Shown: piece by piece, positions 14,849-21,056 of the stretch
How the letters are laid out: each line of letters opens with the position of its first letter
Position numbering within the stretch: position 1 is the stretch's first letter
The notes under the pieces: model-generated
Databases searched by the model: none
What the model was told of the DNA's origin: nothing
Seen by the model: the letters and a program-made list of their open reading frames with translations, nothing else
Position numbers and translations under genes: made by a program
Source: an uncultured Anaerolineales bacterium
Lineage (GTDB): Bacteria > Chloroflexota > Anaerolineae > Epilineales > Epilineaceae
NCBI GenBank assembly: GCA_964498575.1
Contig: CAZCJG010000001.1
Span: 1-32,997 of the forward strand
Length of the DNA: 32,997 nt
Reading direction: 5' to 3'

Positions 14849-15808
14849 CTATTCGATGAACCCGCCCTCGCCGGCCAGCACCGTCTTCTCGGGCTCGAGC
14901 GTGGTGAAGACGACCAGGCGCTTGGCATAGGTCGCGGCACCGTGATCCCAGACCCCGTCGCAGGTGACGAGGTTGAGGTCGGCGGTCTGCGACTTGCCGA
15001 AGATCGAGTCGATGATCGGCCCGGTGGCATTGTGGTCGTAGACCTTCCAATCCTCGACGATGAAGGTGTAGCGGTCGCCATTGGCGTAGCCCACGGTCAC
15101 CTCGTCGCCGACCGTGAGCTGGCCGAGATCCCAGAACACCGCCGGGCCGCCGGCATTGTTGTCCAGGTGCCCGGCCACCACCGCGTTGCCCGGCAGGCCC
15201 GGCAGGTAGCCCTGCTGGTACCAGCCGACGCTCATCCAGCCCGCCGGTGCATCCATCGCCCCCTCGGGCGTTTGCCCGACGTGCTCGATCGGGGCGCTGA
15301 CGCCGATGGCCGGGATATCGATGCTGACAGGACCGCCGGCATTGGCGAGCCGCAGCGCCAGCGGATCGGCCTGCGGTGCCGGCGCCGCGGCCGGCTCGGC
15401 CGCGCCGTCGGCGGCGGGCTGGGTGTCATCCCGGCCCGGGGACCAGGCCGCGTGCGCCAGGCCGGCATCGGCGCCGCCGACCCCCGCGCCCGGCGCGACC
15501 CTATCGGACGAGTTGGGGGCCGGGTCCGCGGCCGCCGAAGCCGCGGCGTTCGGTCCGTCTTCAACTTCAGCGGCCGTGGCCGCCTCCGCAGCGGGAGCGT
15601 TCGCCTCGGCCGCCGATCCGGCCGCCTCCGCGACGTCCGCCGCCCCATCCGCCTCGTCAGCGCCAGCGTCTACAGCAGGGTCGGCAGCGGGCGCCGGATT
15701 CTCGGAGGCCGAAACGGCCTCGAAGACCACATAGTCACTTGCACACCCGACCAGGAGCGTGCTCAACAGGGCAAACATCGAAAGTGTCGAGATCAGTTTC
15801 AGCATCAT
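14849..15808 (-). CDS. Class F-like sortase with lipoprotein-type signal peptide and long acidic Ala-rich linker
   Basis: The ORF 14849..15823 (TTG) is trimmed to ATG 15808 (MMLKLISTLSMFALLSTLLVGCAS; lipobox L-V-G-C). It has a low-complexity A/D/E/P linker of about 120 aa. Catalytic-domain motifs: AVVAGHLDN (His), LNLVTCDG (Cys) and KRLVVF (Arg). The layout IPAIGVSAPIEHVG..GWY..PG is typical of the class F/marine sortase family. Confidence 0.85.
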   Translation of the reverse strand: MMLKLISTLSMFALLSTLLVGCASDYVVFEAVSASENPAPAADPAVDAGADEADGAADVAEAAGSAAEANAPAAEAATAAEVEDGPNAAASAAADPAPNSSDRVAPGAGVGGADAGLAHAAWSPGRDDTQPAADGAAEPAAAPAPQADPLALRLANAGGPVSIDIPAIGVSAPIEHVGQTPEGAMDAPAGWMSVGWYQQGYLPGLPGNAVVAGHLDNNAGGPAVFWDLGQLTVGDEVTVGYANGDRYTFIVEDWKVYDHNATGPIIDSIFGKSQTADLNLVTCDGVWDHGAATYAKRLVVFTTLEPEKTVLAGEGGFIE

Positions 15809-15860
15809 CTGTTTCCGTGGCAATGTGCGCTCGTTTCGTGCATAAGGTTAGGCCGAGCTT

Positions 15861-15889
15861 AACATAGGCCAAAATCGCGCGCGCGTCAA
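15861..15889 (-). promoter_or_regulatory. Sigma-70-type promoter candidate for the sortase gene (TTGACG-17-TATGTT)
   Basis: The minus strand reads aatagTTGACGcgcgcgcgattttggccTATGTTaagctcgg. The -35 is at 15884-15889 and the -10 at 15861-15866. The site is about 50 nt upstream of ATG 15808. Confidence 0.45.
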
Positions 15890-16165
15890 CTATTCCTGTT
15901 CCCACACCAAGCCCATTCTCGGCGGGCGCTGAGGTGGTAAGCCTGGTGACGCGGCCCTGGGGGGCACGGCCGGCGGTCCGAGGCAACCATATGTCAAGCC
16001 GGTCAAGCAGGGTCACACCAACCATTGAACAATGCCGGCCATCACAATCCAGGGTTCAGGACGTGCCAGCCCGGCCTGTGGTTACGCGACATTGCGATCG
16101 TGGCGTGGTATTCAGAGGAAAAGGAGGGCGCCTGAGTCACCGGGCGCGACAGGATCGACGCGGGG

Positions 16166-16213
16166 TGACCTCGGCGGGGCGGCAGTCCGGCGACTGCCGC
16201 CCCACCGAGGTCA
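16166..16213 (-). terminator. Long GC-rich hairpin immediately after the CpaB-like gene stop
   Basis: TGACCTCGGCGGGGCGGCAGTC-cggc-GACTGCCGCCCCACCGAGGTCA forms a 22-bp stem with a single mismatch. It ends 9 nt from the stop codon at 16223-16225. There is no U-tract. Confidence 0.55.
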
Positions 16214-16222
16214 GGGAGAATT

Positions 16223-17077
16223 CTAGCGGGCCATGCCGCCGTAGCCGGTTTCGGCGATCTTGGCCGTCGGCATCAGTACCGGCCCCAGTGACTCCAGTGT
16301 CGCCGGCCAGTCCGGCCCCGGCGTCGGCGCGCGGAGCGGCACGGCCGTCGCCATCGCGCGCAGGTCCACGGTCTGGTTGGCCGCCAGCGATGCCCAGGCG
16401 CTGAGACCCTGGGCGCCGAGCGCGTCGATGATGTGGTAGGCCTGGTTCGGGGGCACCGCGACGGTGATCAAGCTGCTCGGCACCGTCCGGTCACCCCCGT
16501 CTTCGCGATACTCCCCGGTCTCCAGGTCCGGCCTGGCCGTAGCCGAGCTGACCGGCTGGCCCCCGGCGGAGACCCGCACCACCCACAGGCGCGGCTCGAT
16601 CAGCGTGGTGAAGGGCTGGCGGGTCTCGCGATCCTGCCCGTAGCCGTACAGGTTGATCACATGCCCCGGCCGGAGCTGACCGCCGACCGTGCGGTCGACG
16701 CCCGCCGCGAAGGTCACCACCTCCAGACCGAAGTCCTCGACGAAGCGCACCTCGTCGACCGGCTTGGCGTTGACGCCGGTCAAGAGCGCGCCGGGCCGGA
16801 TCTGGTCGGTCGACATCAGGCCGACGACCGACTCGATCGGGTAGGCGCCGCGGTCGTAAGCCGCGCCGGCTTCCATCGGCTCGCCCGCCTTGATCATCGC
16901 CTGGGTGATGATCGTGTACGGTTCGATCTGGCTGGCGGCGACAGCCACCGGCACGCGCAGGACGACCGGCGTCGGCTGCCAAAAGTTGCTGAGGACCCAT
17001 ACCAGGCCCCCGCCAAGCATGACGAGGGCCGCGATCAGGATCACAGGGCGGAAGTTCACAGTTGCACGTCCTTTCAT
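16223..17077 (-). CDS. CpaB/RcpC-like (SAF-domain) Flp-pilus-assembly-type protein, orphan
   Basis: The ORF 16223..17281 is trimmed to ATG 17077 (MKGRATVNFRPVILIAALVMLGGGLVWVL, an N-terminal TM). GTG 17059 is an alternative start. The SAF-like segment reads VPVAVAASQIEPYTIITQAMIKAGE, followed by a beta-rich region (FGLEVVTFAAGVDRTVGGQLRPGHVINLYGY..LWVVRVS..LITVAVPPNQAYHIIDA) as in CpaB. No other tad/cpa genes are present in the window. Confidence 0.65.
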   Translation of the reverse strand: MKGRATVNFRPVILIAALVMLGGGLVWVLSNFWQPTPVVLRVPVAVAASQIEPYTIITQAMIKAGEPMEAGAAYDRGAYPIESVVGLMSTDQIRPGALLTGVNAKPVDEVRFVEDFGLEVVTFAAGVDRTVGGQLRPGHVINLYGYGQDRETRQPFTTLIEPRLWVVRVSAGGQPVSSATARPDLETGEYREDGGDRTVPSSLITVAVPPNQAYHIIDALGAQGLSAWASLAANQTVDLRAMATAVPLRAPTPGPDWPATLESLGPVLMPTAKIAETGYGGMAR

Positions 17078-17300
17078 CTCATCAGGGTTCAAGGTTTGCC
17101 CGCGTTCGGCGCCCGCCACCGATCGGCCGCGCGGCGCCGCATGAGGCCCTACAACGATCCGTTCAACGATCCATTCATGGATGATCACGAATGATTCCCC
17201 CACCATGATCTGAACCCTGAGGGCAACTGTGATGGTTATATGATTGTCAAGCCGCTGTCCCCTTAGCACATCCCGTGCCACCGCGGCCGGGCCGCCCGCG

Positions 17301-17309
17301 TGCTACAAT
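17301..17309 (+). promoter_or_regulatory. Extended -10 promoter (TGcTACAAT) positioned for a leaderless transcript of the nucleotidyltransferase gene
   Basis: gcgTGcTACAATcgagccATG. The -10 ends at 17309 and the ATG is at 17316, 6 nt later. There is no SD. Confidence 0.45.
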
Positions 17310-17315
17310 CGAGCC

Positions 17316-18665
17316 ATGCTGAAGCTGGTTGATCCCGGCGTAGCCGGCGGTCTCGCGCCCGAGCCCGACCTATTCGAGGTGACGCCGCCCGATCCGGGCA
17401 TCGCGCCGCTGGTCGAGCGGCTGGCGGCCGCGCCGGGCGTGGAGGCGGTCATCCTGCTCGGCAGCGCAGCGCGGGGCGAGCTGGCCAAGGCGCGGGTCGA
17501 CGGCCGCGTCGAGCTCTTTAGCGACCTTGAGTTCATGGCGGTCACCGCGGGGCGGCTGCCGGCGCGCATCCGCCGGGATGTGTACGCGGATGTCGAGCGG
17601 ATCGCGGCGGGCTTCGGCCATGCCAGCCCGCTGTTCCACGTGGACGTCCTCTTCCGCGAGCGGCGGCGCCTGGGCACGCTGCCGCCCTTTATCTTCACCT
17701 ACGAGCTCGCCGCCACGGGCCGCACCGTGCACGGTCCGGACCTGCGCCGCGAGATCCGCCGGGTCGGCCTGGCGAACCTGGACCGGCGCAACACCCACGA
17801 GATCCTGATGAAGCGTCTCTGGGCCATTGCCGAGGCGCTGCCGGCGGCCTTCGTGCGCGGCGATCCGCTGGACCCGCTTGCCGCGCGCACGCTGGGCGTG
17901 GTGCTCCACCGCAACCCGCTGGACGTGACCACCGTCCTGCTCCCGGAGGTCGGGGTCCTCCTGCCCAGCTACGCGGCCCGCGTCCACCACTGGGCCGACC
18001 ACCCCGAGCTGCCCTTCCGGACCGCCATCGATGCGGCGCTCCGGCAAGACTCCGGCGCCTACCTGGAGCACTGCCTGGCCGAACGCGCGCTCGCCGCTCC
18101 GGCGGCGGATGCGATCTCGGCCTACCGCGATGCGCTGATGCTGATTTGCACGGCGCAGGAGTGGCTGGAAACCGGGGGGACTTCGGGGAAGCCACGCGGC
18201 CTCTTCAACGAGCGCCCGGTCACACCGGGCGAAGGCTTGGCGATGCTGCGCCAAATTGTACGGATTGCGTACAGCTCTGGGATCAGCGCCGCCGCGCGTT
18301 GGGCGGGCGGGTCGCGCAAGGCCGGGCTCAGCGCCGGGCTGGTCTCACTCCACGGTGCGCTGGTCCTCCGCCAGGCCGGGGACGAGGCCGGCGCGCAGGC
18401 CGCGCTGGACCACGCGGTGGAGAGGCTCGCCCCCGTGGCCTGCGCGCCGGCCCCCCATCTACTCGCCTGTGCCGCGGATACGCCCTTCGCCGCGCGCTGG
18501 ATGGCGGTCCGGGCGCTCGCCGGCCGGGCCTTTTGGCGCACGGTCCGCCTGGGCGACCCGGCGGCCTGGGCGCGCATCGTGCGGACCATCGGCTGGGAGG
18601 AGGGGCGCCCGGGGCATGGCGGGGGGCATGATGAGGGACATGATGGGACACAGGACGGGGCATAG
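17316..18665 (+). CDS. Nucleotidyltransferase-fold (Pol-beta superfamily) protein with a large helical C-terminal domain and His/Gly/Asp-rich tail
   Basis: The ORF 17244..18665 is trimmed to ATG 17316. NTase motif: VILLGSAARGE...FSDLEFMAV (G-S ... D-x-E). The remaining ~330 aa are predicted helical. The C-terminus reads EEGRPGHGGGHDEGHDGTQDGA. The specific substrate is unknown. Confidence 0.7.
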   Translation: MLKLVDPGVAGGLAPEPDLFEVTPPDPGIAPLVERLAAAPGVEAVILLGSAARGELAKARVDGRVELFSDLEFMAVTAGRLPARIRRDVYADVERIAAGFGHASPLFHVDVLFRERRRLGTLPPFIFTYELAATGRTVHGPDLRREIRRVGLANLDRRNTHEILMKRLWAIAEALPAAFVRGDPLDPLAARTLGVVLHRNPLDVTTVLLPEVGVLLPSYAARVHHWADHPELPFRTAIDAALRQDSGAYLEHCLAERALAAPAADAISAYRDALMLICTAQEWLETGGTSGKPRGLFNERPVTPGEGLAMLRQIVRIAYSSGISAAARWAGGSRKAGLSAGLVSLHGALVLRQAGDEAGAQAALDHAVERLAPVACAPAPHLLACAADTPFAARWMAVRALAGRAFWRTVRLGDPAAWARIVRTIGWEEGRPGHGGGHDEGHDGTQDGA

Positions 18666-18680
18666 GATGGGGATCGGCCG

Positions 18681-19796
18681 ATGGCAACCCTGATCGTCTT
18701 CGTCGATGCGCTGCCCTTCGACGACCTGGCGATGCTGCCCCGCCTGTCGCGCTGGCTGTGGCAAGCGCGCCTGAAGCCGGGCTTCGGCTACTCGATCAAC
18801 CTGCACGCCGAGCTGTTCGCCGGCCTGACGCCGGACGCGGTCGGCTTCTTCGGCGAGTGGACGGTCGATCCCGCGCGCGCGCCGGGCCGGGCGTATCGGC
18901 GGATGTTGCCGCTCCTCGACCGCCTGTGCCGGCCCTACGTGCTCAACCGGGGCCTGCAAACCGTGCTGACGCGCGGCTACCGGCCCGATCGGATCATGCC
19001 CAACCTGCCGCTAGCGAGGCTGGGCGACTTCGCGATCCACGGCGAGAAGGTGACGGACGCCCGGTTCCCCAAGCCCTCGCTCTTCAGCCGCTACTCCCGC
19101 CTGGTCAGCATCGACGCGCGTGGGTTGGACAAGGGGATGCGCGATGCCGAGCTGGTCCGGCGAGCCGCCGCGGTGATCGACGCCGGGTCGGAGCAGATCT
19201 ACCTGCCCTTGCCGGACCTCGACGGCATCGGGCACGGCGATCGCCGCAGCGGCCGGCGCTGGGCCGAGCACCTGGCCAAGGTCGACACCTGGGTCGACGA
19301 CCTGGCCGATCGATTCTTGCGCCGGCAGCCTGAAGGCGACGTCTTCGTCGTCAGCGACCACGGCATGGCCGACGTCCGCGCTGGCGTGGTCTTCGACATC
19401 GAGGCGGACGCCGGTCCGCCAGGCCCGGGCCGCTACCTCTACTTCACCGACAGCACGCTCCTTCGGGTGTGGGTGTACGATCCGCTGCTCGGGCCGGCGA
19501 TCGCCGAGCACATCCAGTCCTCCCCGGTCGCGCACCTGGTCTCGCACGACGAGCGCGTGGCCTACGGGCTGACCAACCCGGCCTTCGGCGACTTCATCGC
19601 GGTGCTGGACGAAGGCATGTGCTTCAAGCCCAGCACCTTCGCCCGCAACATCCCAGCGGCGATGCACGGCTACCACCCGGACGTGCCCAGTCAGCACGCC
19701 GTCCTGCTCCACCAGGGTGCCCACCCGCCAAAGGAGACAGCCACCCGGACGCTGGACGTGTTCGGGGTGCTGGACGCGGCGTTGGGGCGGGTCTGA
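18681..19796 (+). CDS. Alkaline-phosphatase-superfamily protein (nucleotide pyrophosphatase/phosphodiesterase-like)
   Basis: Metal-ligand-like motifs appear in the order typical for the family: MATLIVFVDALPFD, LPLPDLDGIGHG, VFVVSDHGM, AAMHGYHPD. The gene starts 15 nt after the NTase stop. Confidence 0.6.
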   Translation: MATLIVFVDALPFDDLAMLPRLSRWLWQARLKPGFGYSINLHAELFAGLTPDAVGFFGEWTVDPARAPGRAYRRMLPLLDRLCRPYVLNRGLQTVLTRGYRPDRIMPNLPLARLGDFAIHGEKVTDARFPKPSLFSRYSRLVSIDARGLDKGMRDAELVRRAAAVIDAGSEQIYLPLPDLDGIGHGDRRSGRRWAEHLAKVDTWVDDLADRFLRRQPEGDVFVVSDHGMADVRAGVVFDIEADAGPPGPGRYLYFTDSTLLRVWVYDPLLGPAIAEHIQSSPVAHLVSHDERVAYGLTNPAFGDFIAVLDEGMCFKPSTFARNIPAAMHGYHPDVPSQHAVLLHQGAHPPKETATRTLDVFGVLDAALGRV

Positions 19797-19844
19797 GGGG
19801 GGCACCCCAAGTCCGCCCGGTCAACCCGGTCCACTCAGTCCACG

Positions 19845-20999
19845 ATGTCCACCAGCCCCCACCCCCCTCCCCTGACCGTCCTCTTCGTCGACCACGCCCC
19901 AGCGCTCGGCGGCGCCGAGCACAGCTTGTTGGGGCTCCTTAGCGCCTTGGACCGCGGGCGGGTGCGCCCGGTGCTGGCGGCCGTGCCTGGTCCACTGGCG
20001 GAGGCGGCGCGAGCGTCGGGGGTGACGGTTCACACCCTGCCGCTGCGCCAGCTCAAGGGCCATGCCACGGCGATCCTCCGCCTGGCGCGCGGCGTGCTGG
20101 CGCTGGCGGCGCTGATCCGCCGCGAGCAAGTAGACATCGTCCACGCCAACGTGCTGCGCGCGGCGGTCTACGCGGCACCGGCGGCGCGGCTGACAGGGCG
20201 GCCGCTGGTCTGGCATGTGCGCGACATCCTGGCGTCGGACCGGACGACGCGGGCGCTGTGCGGGCAGGCGGCGGCGGTGATCGCGATCTCCGAGGCGGTG
20301 CGGCGGGCGCTGCCCTGCGCAGGGCGAGCGTGCGTGATCTACAACCCTGTCGCGGTCCTACCAGCCCAGGCACGTACCCGGGCCGAGCTCGGGCTGCCGG
20401 AGGACGGGCTGCTCGTCGCCTCGGTGGGGCGGATGCGGGAGTGGAAAGGGCACGACGCCTTCCTCGAAGCGGCGGCGCGGGTGCGGCATCCCCAAGCGGG
20501 TTTTGTGGTGATTGGCGGACGGCTGTTCGGCGAGGATCGGGACGATTTGGACCTGGCCGAGCGGCTCGAAGCGCGGGCGGCGGTGCTGGGCCTATCCGAC
20601 CGGATGACCTTCACCGGCCATCGCGGCGACCTGGCGGACATCTGGCCGCACCTGGCGGTGGTCGCGCACACCGCCGAGGCCGAGCCTTTCGGCCGGGTGG
20701 TCGCCGAGGCTCAGCTCGCCGGCCTGCCGGTCGTCGCCTTTCGCGACGGCGGCGTACCGGAGATCGTCGCCGGCGGCGAGACCGGCCTGCTGGTGCCCGC
20801 GGGCGATGTCGGGGCGCTGGCTGGGGCGGTCGACCGTCTGCTGGATGACGCGGAATTGCGATCGCGCATGGGCGCGGCGGGACGGGCGCGGGCGGCGGAA
20901 CGGTTCGACCCGGCGGAGCATGCGCGGGCGGTGGTGGGGGTGTACGACGGCGTGGTTCGATCCCAACTCGCCGCGACGGGATCTGACCGCGTCCGTTGA
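19845..20999 (+). CDS. GT4-family (GT-B fold) glycosyltransferase
   Basis: N-terminus: VLFVDHAPALGGAEHSLLGLL. C-terminal E-x7-E region: VVAHTAEAEPFGRVVAEAQLAGLPVVAFRDGGVPEIVAGGETGLLVP. Confidence 0.88.
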   Translation: MSTSPHPPPLTVLFVDHAPALGGAEHSLLGLLSALDRGRVRPVLAAVPGPLAEAARASGVTVHTLPLRQLKGHATAILRLARGVLALAALIRREQVDIVHANVLRAAVYAAPAARLTGRPLVWHVRDILASDRTTRALCGQAAAVIAISEAVRRALPCAGRACVIYNPVAVLPAQARTRAELGLPEDGLLVASVGRMREWKGHDAFLEAAARVRHPQAGFVVIGGRLFGEDRDDLDLAERLEARAAVLGLSDRMTFTGHRGDLADIWPHLAVVAHTAEAEPFGRVVAEAQLAGLPVVAFRDGGVPEIVAGGETGLLVPAGDVGALAGAVDRLLDDAELRSRMGAAGRARAAERFDPAEHARAVVGVYDGVVRSQLAATGSDRVR

Positions 21000-21056
21000 G
21001 GTCGTAGCGGCACGGCTCCCGCGGGATGGCCCGGACGCTTCGGGGTGCCGATCCCG

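Noticed and set aside
15824-16222. Looked for tRNA, tmRNA, SRP RNA, RNase P RNA or a known riboswitch in the long intergenic region
   Set aside because: I could not find a cloverleaf-compatible arrangement. I also did not see the SRP GGAA-tetraloop motif (..GGUCCGGAAGGAAGCAGC..), the RNase P GAGGAAAGUCC motif or a T-loop/CCA end. The region is kept only as an unexplained region in the findings.
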